A DNA stretch of 64,000 nt, taken from the NCBI GenBank assembly GCA_902767045.1, contig CACXFT010000104.1, positions 7,481 through 71,480 on the forward strand. Reading direction: 5' to 3'. Of the stretch, positions 20,356 to 28,756 are shown in pieces. The translations under genes were made by a program, and so were the position numbers. Positions within the stretch are counted from its first letter, which is position 1, and the number at the start of each line of letters is the position of its first letter. This DNA comes from an uncultured Prevotellaceae bacterium (GTDB taxonomy: Bacteria; Bacteroidota; Bacteroidia; Bacteroidales; Bacteroidaceae). Below the pieces are notes generated by a model, which did no database searches, was not told the origin of the DNA, and saw nothing but the letters and a program-made list of their open reading frames with translations.

Positions 20356-21552
20356 ATGTTGAAGAAAATATTCATTTCGTTCGTGTTATGTTTGGTGTTG
20401 GGTATGCCAGCATTATCACAAGAGAGACTCTTTGTAGATAACCTGCAAATACCGCGTGGGTATCAGACAATGATGAAGGTTTCTTTCCAATTCAATGAGC
20501 CACACGATTATGTGAGTTATCAATTTACTGTTAACTTACCAGAGGGGGTTTCTCTAAAGTCAAGTGCAAATGGTAAAGTGCCTGTTGTATTGGGCGATGG
20601 GCAGCCTAACGACTTGTTTGTGTTGGATATGAACGCCACAAGCCGGATTGTAACATGCTATTCCAATCCTTCCACCCCAATTAGTTTAAATGAAGGAATA
20701 TTGGTGTACATTCCGATTATAGCTGATAAGGCTCTTCAAGCAGGCACCACTCTGAATGGTTCGTTGTCTTCCATTCAACTTGCTCATGCAGATGCCTCGC
20801 CAGCTAATCTGGGCGATGTCAGTTTTGCCATTACCATTGATGACAGGGCTGTCCTCGATGAGCAGTCTACCACTATACCAGCCCCTGCAGAGGGGGTTGA
20901 CGTACAGGTGAAACGTACCATCAAGGCCAACCAGTGGTCGACCATCTGTCTGCCTTTCGCCATGACGGAGCAACAAACCAAGGATGCTTTTGGCAGCGAA
21001 GTGCAAATAGCCGATTTCAATGATTATGTGTATGATGGCGTTAATAACACCATACAGGTGCTCTTTCAGCCGGTGACGGCAATGGAAGCCAACCATCCTT
21101 ATATTATTAAGGTGGCCGGTGCGGTGACCGATTTTATAGCCGACGGAGTAGACATCAATCCACAGGAAGCAATCGTAGACTTTGACACCAGTAGGCGGAA
21201 AAACCAACCACGGCAGTTCGTGGGCACCTATGTGGCCGGCACTGTGCTCGGGTGGGGAACTCTGTTCCTGAGCGACAACCGGTTTTGGTATTCCACGGGA
21301 CAGACAAAGATGAAAGCTTTCCGCGGCTACTTCAACTTCAACGATCTGATTGCCGACTTTGAACAGAACTACGAATCGCGCATTGTGATGTTCGTGGGGG
21401 ATGAGGCTACAGGCATGGGCGACGCTTTGCGTCTAAATGATAAATGTAAAATGATAAATGAGATGTACGACCTGCAGGGCCGTCGCGTGAACAATCCACA
21501 ACAGGGGGTCTATATCAGAAACGGAAAGAAAGTTGTAGTCACTTCTAATTAA
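20356..21552 (+). CDS. Secreted protein with N-terminal cohesin-like domain and T9SS-type C-terminal signal
   Basis: Signal peptide; YVSYQFTVNLPEGVSL (cohesin-like); WSTICLPF and AFRGYF motifs of Prevotella CTD-adjacent domains; terminal MYDLQGRRV...GVYIRNGKKVVV. Confidence 0.75.
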   Translation: MLKKIFISFVLCLVLGMPALSQERLFVDNLQIPRGYQTMMKVSFQFNEPHDYVSYQFTVNLPEGVSLKSSANGKVPVVLGDGQPNDLFVLDMNATSRIVTCYSNPSTPISLNEGILVYIPIIADKALQAGTTLNGSLSSIQLAHADASPANLGDVSFAITIDDRAVLDEQSTTIPAPAEGVDVQVKRTIKANQWSTICLPFAMTEQQTKDAFGSEVQIADFNDYVYDGVNNTIQVLFQPVTAMEANHPYIIKVAGAVTDFIADGVDINPQEAIVDFDTSRRKNQPRQFVGTYVAGTVLGWGTLFLSDNRFWYSTGQTKMKAFRGYFNFNDLIADFEQNYESRIVMFVGDEATGMGDALRLNDKCKMINEMYDLQGRRVNNPQQGVYIRNGKKVVVTSN

Positions 21553-21563
21553 ACACGAAAGCT

Positions 21564-21743
21564 ATGAAAAAAGAATATATACAACCCCAGACGAGCATTG
21601 TTATTGCTGTAGTGGAGAATCCGGTAATGAATGTTTCGGCAACGCAGCAAGGTATCAGCTATGGTGGTGTTGATGAAGCGGGCGAAAAAGATCCCGATGC
21701 CCGCGAGATGTCGCCGCTCCATTATAACGTTTGGGACGACTGA
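21564..21743 (+). CDS. 59-aa peptide MKKEYIQPQT...HYNVWDD (not in ORF track)
   Basis: Hand-translated; starts 11 nt after previous stop with A-rich leader; MKKxYxxP N-terminus and acidic W-D-D C-terminus. Confidence 0.75.
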   Translation: MKKEYIQPQTSIVIAVVENPVMNVSATQQGISYGGVDEAGEKDPDAREMSPLHYNVWDD

Positions 21744-21773
21744 TTGAGTTACTTAAATATTCTCACCTTATTA

Positions 21774-21871
21774 ATTTATCAAGAATTAGAGAATTTGAGA
21801 ATTTTTCCTTTAGTGCTATAGTAGGATTATTGGTAATAAATAATTCTTAGATTCTCAAATTCTTGATAAAT
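21774..21871. repeat. AT-rich inverted repeat built from 8-bp AGAATT-core units
   Basis: 30-bp arms 21774-21803 and 21842-21871, 27/30 complementary; left arm recurs at 43005-43038. Confidence 0.75.
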
Positions 21872-22365
21872 AATAACTTAGCCCACATTGCTGCGTTTTT
21901 AACAATTTACATGGCATTGCCTTGTCTTGCAATTCCAGATTACTCAATGCATAGAGAGGAACTATGTCTACATGCCGTTGTTCGAATTGGTCCTTGGGGT
22001 CATAGTGGTTGAACTGGCCGAAGTTTTCCAACGATGTTCTGATTGCTTCGTGCAGCTTACGCTTTCTCATGAAGATCCAAAGGCTCTGCATGCTTCCCTG
22101 CGTGTTGGCCTTCACTTCGATGGGTAGTACCTTACCGCCATGAGCCCTCAGATAATCCACTTCTGCATTGCTACCCTTTTCCGTGTTCTGCCAATAGTGC
22201 ATCTCTGGCTTCTGAAAGCAGTCACGATATTTTATCATTTCCAGTCCGGCGAACATTTCTGATGTACCGCCTTTGTTAACTAATTCTGCATCGGATGCAG
22301 TCAGAATATCGGCAGCCGGGATGTCAAGCATGGTAAGCATCACACCTAAGTCGAAGAACAGATAT
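21855..22365 (-). pseudogene. C-terminal remnant (DUF4143-like) of an AAA-family ATP-binding protein
   Basis: YLFFDLG...YWQ....NAEVDYL...VLPIEVKA...SL...IVPLYAL; no Walker A domain upstream, only T-rich low-complexity sequence before rlmH. Confidence 0.75.
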
Positions 22366-22484
22366 AAAATATCCAAAAGTATGGGCGAAAAATAACAAAA
22401 AACATCCAAAATACAGCTCAAAACCAAAAGTAAGGGCAATAAGAAGGTGTTTTTATCCGAAAATGGGGGCAAAAGTTTAATCCT

Positions 22485-22955
22485 TCATTCGTGATGATAT
22501 GGTTCGCCTTTGATGATGGTGCAGGCGCGGTAGAGCTGCTCCACAAATACAAGGCGAACCATTTGGTGTGAGAAGGTGAGGGGCGAGAGCGAGAGCTTTT
22601 CGTTGGCACGCTTGTAAACAGCGGGGGAGAAGCCGTAGGGACCGCCCACCACGAACACCAGGCGGCGGGCATGCTGCTGCTTGCGCTCAAGCCACGCGGC
22701 CAGTTCAATGCTACGCAGAAGGAGGCCGTGCTCGTCGAGCAGCACCACCGTGTCGGAGGGTTGAAGGCGACTCAGTATGAGCTCGCCTTCACGCTCTTTC
22801 TGCTGCTCTTCGGTGAGGGCCTTGGTGTTCTTCAGCTCGGGCAGAACGGTGATGGCAAAGGGCATGTAGTGGGTGATGCGCTCCACATAGTCGTTGATGA
22901 GGGTGGTGAAGTGCTTGTTCACCGTTTTGCCTACGAGAATAAGTTCGGTTTTCAT
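22485..22955 (-). CDS. rlmH: 23S rRNA (pseudouridine1915-N3)-methyltransferase
   Basis: LLDE.G, FVVGGPYG, LSLSPLTFSHQMVRL..EQLYRA..I..GEPYHHE. Confidence 0.97.
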   Translation of the reverse strand: MKTELILVGKTVNKHFTTLINDYVERITHYMPFAITVLPELKNTKALTEEQQKEREGELILSRLQPSDTVVLLDEHGLLLRSIELAAWLERKQQHARRLVFVVGGPYGFSPAVYKRANEKLSLSPLTFSHQMVRLVFVEQLYRACTIIKGEPYHHE

Positions 22956-22983
22956 AATTGCCGGTTGAAGCTGGAAACAGCTG

Positions 22984-23295
22984 TTATGCTTTCCGTTGAT
23001 ATTCGTTCTTCCGCTTGGGGTTCATGGGGAACCACCCGCGTTCAACCCGTTTCTTTTGTTCAAACAGTTCGCCTATGCTCCACAGGAACGAAGCACCCAC
23101 AACACCCACTATCGACGACCAGAAGACATCGGCAATGAAGAAGGCACCCACCACGCACAGCAGTCCTCCCAGCAGGAACAGCCACCAGAAGCGCGTGCCG
23201 GTGTAATATTCGGTTTTGATGACCAGGGGGTGAAACATTCCTATGGCGAGAAAGGTACAGAGGGCAATCAGTATGCCGGTGAAATGCAGTTCCAT
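22984..23295 (-). CDS. Small membrane protein (DUF4491-like)
   Basis: IGMFHPLVIK.EYY.G...WSIGELFEQKKRVERGWFPMNPKRK. Confidence 0.8.
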   Translation of the reverse strand: MELHFTGILIALCTFLAIGMFHPLVIKTEYYTGTRFWWLFLLGGLLCVVGAFFIADVFWSSIVGVVGASFLWSIGELFEQKKRVERGWFPMNPKRKNEYQRKA

Positions 23296-23419
23296 GTGTA
23301 AAAGTTTATTGTTTTGCGTGCAAAATTATAAAAAAAGTTCTAAAGTTGGGCATTGTTTCGTTGAAATTACTTATCTTTGCAGCTAATTGAAACTATTTAT
23401 TCATTAAAAACATACAGCA

Positions 23420-25162
23420 ATGGAAAACAACGAACTGATTGCCCAGTGCGAGGCTCGTGCCCGCCAGTGGCTCACTCCGTCGTTCGACGAAGAAACCCGC
23501 AAGCAGGTGGAGGCCATGCTTGCCAACGACGACAAGACTGAACTGATTGACTCATTCTATCGCGACCTGGAGTTTGGAACGGGCGGACTGCGCGGCATTA
23601 TGGGTGCCGGCACCAACCGCATGAACAAATACATTGTGGGCATGGCCACACAGGGTTTTGCCAACTACATTCTGAAAGCCTTCCCCGGCAAGCAGTGCTC
23701 GGTGGTGGTGGGTCACGACTGCCGCAACAACGGCCGCATGTTTGCCGAAACCGTTGCCAACATCTTCTCGGCCAACGGCATCAAGGTTTATCTGTTTGAG
23801 AGCCTGCGCCCCACGCCTGAGATTTCTTTCGCCATTCGCCAGCTGGGATGCCAGGCCGGTGTGAACGTCACCGCCAGCCACAACCCCCGCGAATATAACG
23901 GCTACAAGGCTTACTGGGACGATGGTGCCCAGGTGTTGGCACCGCACGACACGGGCATCATTGACGAGGTGAACAAGGTGAGCATCGACGATGTGAAGTT
24001 TGAGGGCAATCCCGAACTCATCGACATCATTGGCGGTGAAATGGACTGGGACTACCTGCAGGCCGTGAAGGAAGCCATGGTTGACCAGGATGTTATTCTG
24101 CGCCACAAAGACCTGAACATTGTTTATTCGCCCATGCACGGCACCGGCCGCGTGATCATTCCCGAGGCCATGCGCTCGTGGGGATTCCAGAACTTTCATG
24201 TGGTGCCCGAGCAGATGGTGATTGACGGCAACTTCCCCACGGTGGTGAGCCCGAACCCCGAGAATGCCGAGGCCATGACACTGGGCATGAAGCTGGGCAC
24301 ACGCCTGAACGCCGACCTGGTGATTGCCTCTGACCCCGATGCCGACCGCTTGGCCATTGTGTGCCGCAACGCCAAGGGCGAGTGGGAGATTATCAACGGA
24401 AACCAAACCTGCATGATGTTCTGCTGGTATATCATTGCCAACAAGAAGAAGCTGGGTCAGCTGAAGGGCAACGAGTTCCTGGTGAAGACCATCGTTACCA
24501 CCGAGGTGATTCGCAAGATTGCCGAGAAGAACGGCGTGGAGCTTCGCGACTGCTACACGGGCTTCAAGTGGATTGCCAATGAAATTCGCAAGAGCGAGGG
24601 TGTGAACAAATTTATTGGCGGTGGTGAAGAGAGCTTTGGTTTCCTGCCCTTCGACAAGGTGCGCGACAAAGACTCCCCAGCCAGCATCTGTTTGATTTGC
24701 GAAATTGCTGCATGGGCAAAGGATAATGGAAAGACGCTCTACGACCTGCTTATGGACATCTATGTGGAATATGGCTTCTCGTATGAAAACACCATCAACG
24801 TGGTGCGCCCGGGCAAGAGCGGTGCCGACGAGATTAAGCAGATGATGGAGAACTTCCGCAAGAACCCGCCCACAGAGCTGGGTGGCAGCGAAATTGCCTT
24901 TGTTCGCGACTGGCAGGTATTGGAGCAAACCAATGCCGATGGTTCGAAAGAGAAGCTGGTTCAGCCCGCCACCAGCAATGTGCTGCAGTGGTTCTGCACG
25001 GATGGAACAAAGGTGAGCGTTCGCCCGTCGGGAACGGAACCGAAGATCAAGTTCTATCTGGAAATCAAAGACCCCTCGATGCGTTGCGCCGGCTGCTACG
25101 ACCGCTGCCTGGCAGCTGCCAAAGAGAAGGTAGAGGCCATTAAGGTGAGCCTGGGTCTTTAA
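23420..25162 (+). CDS. Phosphoglucomutase/phosphomannomutase
   Basis: FGTGGLRG, TASHNP, DPDADR, GGEESFG, RPSGTEPKIK; TATCTTTG box at 23372. Confidence 0.95.
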   Translation: MENNELIAQCEARARQWLTPSFDEETRKQVEAMLANDDKTELIDSFYRDLEFGTGGLRGIMGAGTNRMNKYIVGMATQGFANYILKAFPGKQCSVVVGHDCRNNGRMFAETVANIFSANGIKVYLFESLRPTPEISFAIRQLGCQAGVNVTASHNPREYNGYKAYWDDGAQVLAPHDTGIIDEVNKVSIDDVKFEGNPELIDIIGGEMDWDYLQAVKEAMVDQDVILRHKDLNIVYSPMHGTGRVIIPEAMRSWGFQNFHVVPEQMVIDGNFPTVVSPNPENAEAMTLGMKLGTRLNADLVIASDPDADRLAIVCRNAKGEWEIINGNQTCMMFCWYIIANKKKLGQLKGNEFLVKTIVTTEVIRKIAEKNGVELRDCYTGFKWIANEIRKSEGVNKFIGGGEESFGFLPFDKVRDKDSPASICLICEIAAWAKDNGKTLYDLLMDIYVEYGFSYENTINVVRPGKSGADEIKQMMENFRKNPPTELGGSEIAFVRDWQVLEQTNADGSKEKLVQPATSNVLQWFCTDGTKVSVRPSGTEPKIKFYLEIKDPSMRCAGCYDRCLAAAKEKVEAIKVSLGL

Positions 25163-25181
25163 TGCAACACCTGCGGTTGCA

Positions 25182-25284
25182 AAAGACCGCATTCAGGGTT
25201 CTCAAAGACCGCTTTCAAGGTTCTCAAAGACCGCTTTCAAGATTGTAAAAGACCGTCTTCAAGTAGCTTGAAGACGGTCTTTTA
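25182..25284. repeat. 22-bp tandem array ending in a bidirectional terminator
   Basis: aaagaccg at 25182, 25204, 25226, 25248; last unit is the left arm of the perfect hairpin taaaagaccgtcttcaag-tag-cttgaagacggtctttta between convergent genes. Confidence 0.9.
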
Positions 25285-25298
25285 GCATTCTTCGGTGT

Positions 25299-25970
25299 TC
25301 ATTTTGCCCGCCGGAAGTAGTTTTGCAGGTTCGCCCGCGAAACGCCGAACTTAACCAGCCGGTCGAGGTCTTCGCGGGCCTCTCGCTTGCGGCCCAGCTG
25401 CAGGCGCAGTTCCATGCGGTTCACCAGCAAGTCGGTGTTGGTGGGCGATAGGTCAACGGCACGCGAATAGTCGTATTCTGCCAGCTCTTTCATGTTCAGT
25501 TCCATTTCCATGCCAGCCCGGGCAGCATACGCCATGGCCGAATCGGGGAAAAGTGTCACAAGCGAGTTGGCCTGTTCCATTGCCAAAGCCGTTTGCTTGT
25601 TCTTTTGATAGAGCAGAGCCAGGCCTAAGCGGGCACGAAACGATGAGGGGTCGAGGGCGATGAGCTGTTCATAGTCGGCCCGCGCCAACCCAAACTGTCG
25701 CATCTGTTCGTTGGCATAAGCCCGAAAATAGAGTGCCGCTCCATTGGTGGGAGCGAGCAGCAGCACCCGGTCGTATTCGTCTTTGGCGCGTTGCCATTCA
25801 CCGAGCATCATGTTCCACGAAGCCTTCTTCAGGCGCAGTTCCACCGAATCGGGGTGGTGTTCAATAGCCGCCATCACCTCGCTCAACGAGTCGCGCATTT
25901 GCTGATAGGTTTGTGCACAGCCATCAGAGAGCAGAAACTGCATGGCCACAAATAGAAAAAGCTGTTTCAT
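25299..25970 (-). CDS. Secreted tetratricopeptide-repeat protein
   Basis: Signal-like N-terminus; repeated A...RA.....A..DY......P pattern. Confidence 0.85.
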   Translation of the reverse strand: MKQLFLFVAMQFLLSDGCAQTYQQMRDSLSEVMAAIEHHPDSVELRLKKASWNMMLGEWQRAKDEYDRVLLLAPTNGAALYFRAYANEQMRQFGLARADYEQLIALDPSSFRARLGLALLYQKNKQTALAMEQANSLVTLFPDSAMAYAARAGMEMELNMKELAEYDYSRAVDLSPTNTDLLVNRMELRLQLGRKREAREDLDRLVKFGVSRANLQNYFRRAK

Positions 25971-26075
25971 GTTAGAAGAGATTGATGCGGCAAAGTTACA
26001 CCATCGTTGTCAAACAGCCAAAACAATAACGTTAAAAAGACAATAAACCGCAGGATTCTGCGTTTGTTTCATTGT

Positions 26076-28502
26076 ATGAAACAGAAATTTTTGATAACCA
26101 TCATATTGACATTCATCGTGTTCTTGAAGGCTGGTGCCCAAACTTTCACATTGCAGGGCAGGGTTACAGACGAACAGATGAACCCAGTGGAGCTGGCAAC
26201 GGTGAGCGTGATCAGTCAGGGTAAGGTTACGATGACCTCTATGAAGGGTGAGTTTTCGATGCAGTTGCAGAGTGCCGACACCGTGGTGGTGAACTTCTCG
26301 ATGGTGGGCTATAAAACCAAGAGCCGGTTGTTGCGCAACCCGCGCGGCAAGCAAACGTTGCAGGTGGTGCTGCTGGAAGACGAGAACCTGCTTTCGGAAG
26401 TGGATGTGACCGAACTCAAGCGACAGACCACCCAAACCCAGGAGCTGAAGCCCGAAGACCTGGGCCGGCTGCCATCAACCACCGGCAATGCCGTTGAAGA
26501 GATGCTGCAGCTGCAGGCAGGTGTCTCGTCGCACAGCGAACTCTCGTCGCAATACAATGTGCGCGGCGGTGCCTTCGACGAGAACAGCGTATATATAAAT
26601 AATGTGGAAGTGTTCCGCCCCTTTCTGGTGCGCAGCGGACAGCAAGAGGGCCTTTCGGTTATCAACCCCAACATGGTGGAGCGCGTGGCCTTCTCTACCG
26701 GAGGCTTCGAAGCGAAGTATGGCGACAAGATGTCGTCGACCCTCGACATTCAGTACAAGCGGCTCACACCACCCACGGGGCGCAAAACCTTCACCGAGGC
26801 ATCGGCCTATGCCTCTCTGCTTGGTGCCGGTGCATACGTGGGTTTTGCCAACCGGCGCGTTTCGTGGCTCAACAGCGTGAGGTATAAAACCAACCAATAT
26901 CTGGTGGGGTCGATGGAAACCGACGGAGAATACAGGCCGCGTTTCCTCGACTATCAGACCTACCTGAGCTATGAACCCATGAAACGGTGGCGAATAGACT
27001 TCATCGGGAACATCTCCGACAACCGCTACGACTTCACCCCCGAAGACCGCGAAACCAAATTCGGCACCATGGAGAACGTGAAATCGTTCCGCGTCTATTT
27101 CGACGGACAAGAGAAAGACCTCTTCAGAACCTATTTCGGAAGTCTGGCTATCAGTCACCAGCTCACCACACAAACCCGCATCGCGCTGCTCACATCGGCC
27201 TTCCACACACAAGAGCGGGAAACCTACGACATTCAGGGGCAGTATTGGCTCGACCAAACCGAAACCTCTGAAAACTTAGGTGTTGGCACTTATTTCGAAC
27301 ACACCCGCAACTATCTGAAGGCCAATGTGCAAAGCTTGAAGCTGATGCTGCAGCATAAGGGGCGCAAACACCAGGCCGAGGCTGCCATCACCCTGAAGCG
27401 CGAACGCATCAGGGAGAGCAGCGTGGAATATGAGATGCGCGATTCGGCCGGTTACAGCATTCCACACACAGGGCGCGACCTGAACATGGTTTATTCGCTG
27501 CGTGCCCGCAATCAGCTGCAGGCCAACCGTTCCGAGTTCTACGTTCAAGACACCTATCGCTTTACGTTGGGCAACGAAGCAACGGCCGACTCGCTGCCCG
27601 CTGAGCCCACCCTGTTCACACTGAACTATGGTGTGCGCATGTCGCACTGGAACTTCAACCGCGAAACCATTCTCTCGCCCCGCGTGGCCTTGGGCATTAT
27701 TCCGGCGTTCAACCAGCAACTCACCTTCCGCCTGGCAACCGGTCTTTATTACCAGACACCATTCTTCAAGGAACTGCGCGACACCACCACCCGCGAAGGC
27801 ATCACCTACGCTTCGCTCAACCAGCGCGTGAAGAGTCAGCGCTCGCTGCATTTTATTGCAGGTATGGACTACACCTTCAAGAGCATGGGGCGCCCCTTCC
27901 GCTTTTCGGCAGAAGCCTACTACAAGCTGCTCTCGCGTATAACCCCCTACACGGTGAGCAACGTGAAGGTGACCTATTATGGCGACACCCATGCCAAGGG
28001 GCATGCTGCCGGCATCGACCTGAAGCTCTATGGCGAGTTTGTGCCAGGCTACGATTCGTGGATAACCTTCTCGCTGATGGATACCGAGATGAAAGTGAAC
28101 GGACAGGCACTGCCTTTGCCCACCGACCAGCGATATGCCCTGAACCTGTTCTTCACCGACTATTTCCCCGGCACCGACCGCTGGCGCATGTCGCTCAAGC
28201 TGGCCTATGCCGACGGGCTTCCCTTCTCGGCCCCCCACAAAGAGCTGAACCGCATGCCCTTCAGGGCTCCCGCCTATCGCCGCGCCGACATTGGCATGAG
28301 CTACCTGGCCTATAAGTCGCGGGCACCGCGAACGAAACTAACGCTCAAACAGGTGTGGCTGGGCATAGACTGCCTGAACCTTTTCGACATCAGCAACGTC
28401 AACTCCTATTACTGGGTAACAGATGTTACCAGTCAGCAATATGCCGTGCCCAACTACCTGACACGCCGGCAGGTGAACTTCCGCGTGCAAATAGACCTGT
28501 AA
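26076..28502 (+). CDS. TonB-dependent receptor with N-terminal carboxypeptidase-regulatory-like domain
   Basis: Likely ATG 26076 (MKQKFL signal peptide); plug motifs YNVRGG.FDEN, FSTGGFEAKYGDKMSS.LDI; beta-barrel C-terminus. Confidence 0.88.
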   Translation: MKQKFLITIILTFIVFLKAGAQTFTLQGRVTDEQMNPVELATVSVISQGKVTMTSMKGEFSMQLQSADTVVVNFSMVGYKTKSRLLRNPRGKQTLQVVLLEDENLLSEVDVTELKRQTTQTQELKPEDLGRLPSTTGNAVEEMLQLQAGVSSHSELSSQYNVRGGAFDENSVYINNVEVFRPFLVRSGQQEGLSVINPNMVERVAFSTGGFEAKYGDKMSSTLDIQYKRLTPPTGRKTFTEASAYASLLGAGAYVGFANRRVSWLNSVRYKTNQYLVGSMETDGEYRPRFLDYQTYLSYEPMKRWRIDFIGNISDNRYDFTPEDRETKFGTMENVKSFRVYFDGQEKDLFRTYFGSLAISHQLTTQTRIALLTSAFHTQERETYDIQGQYWLDQTETSENLGVGTYFEHTRNYLKANVQSLKLMLQHKGRKHQAEAAITLKRERIRESSVEYEMRDSAGYSIPHTGRDLNMVYSLRARNQLQANRSEFYVQDTYRFTLGNEATADSLPAEPTLFTLNYGVRMSHWNFNRETILSPRVALGIIPAFNQQLTFRLATGLYYQTPFFKELRDTTTREGITYASLNQRVKSQRSLHFIAGMDYTFKSMGRPFRFSAEAYYKLLSRITPYTVSNVKVTYYGDTHAKGHAAGIDLKLYGEFVPGYDSWITFSLMDTEMKVNGQALPLPTDQRYALNLFFTDYFPGTDRWRMSLKLAYADGLPFSAPHKELNRMPFRAPAYRRADIGMSYLAYKSRAPRTKLTLKQVWLGIDCLNLFDISNVNSYYWVTDVTSQQYAVPNYLTRRQVNFRVQIDL

Positions 28503-28540
28503 AAAAAGAGCCCCTCTCTTCACAGAGAAGGGCTCTTTCC
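28501..28540. terminator. Intrinsic terminator, stronger on minus strand
   Basis: aaaaaaagagcccctctct-tcac-agagaagggctcttt. Confidence 0.85.
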
Positions 28541-28596
28541 TCAATAGGCATTAGTTTACTTTCATTAAGGCAAAAAGATTGTATTCAGGATAACGA
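28501..28596 (-). ncRNA. Candidate small RNA (~95 nt)
   Basis: Minus-strand promoter TTTG (28631-28628)-N20-TACCTTTG (28607-28600) facing a terminator with T7 on minus strand; no ORF over 4 codons. Confidence 0.55.
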
Positions 28597-28756
28597 GCGC
28601 AAAGGTACTGCTTTTCTCTTGATTACGCAAATTAAGAAACATGTTAAATAACACATTTTATAGACCCAAGCAAGAAAACTAACCCTTTAATTTTGTTTGA
28701 AACACTAAATTTTGTAATTTTGCACCATATTATTCATTTATAACTATCTGAAAGCA

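Noticed and set aside
8753-22480. Prophage or ICE at tRNA-Cys
   Set aside because: No integrase, relaxase, phage or conjugation genes; no attR copy seen
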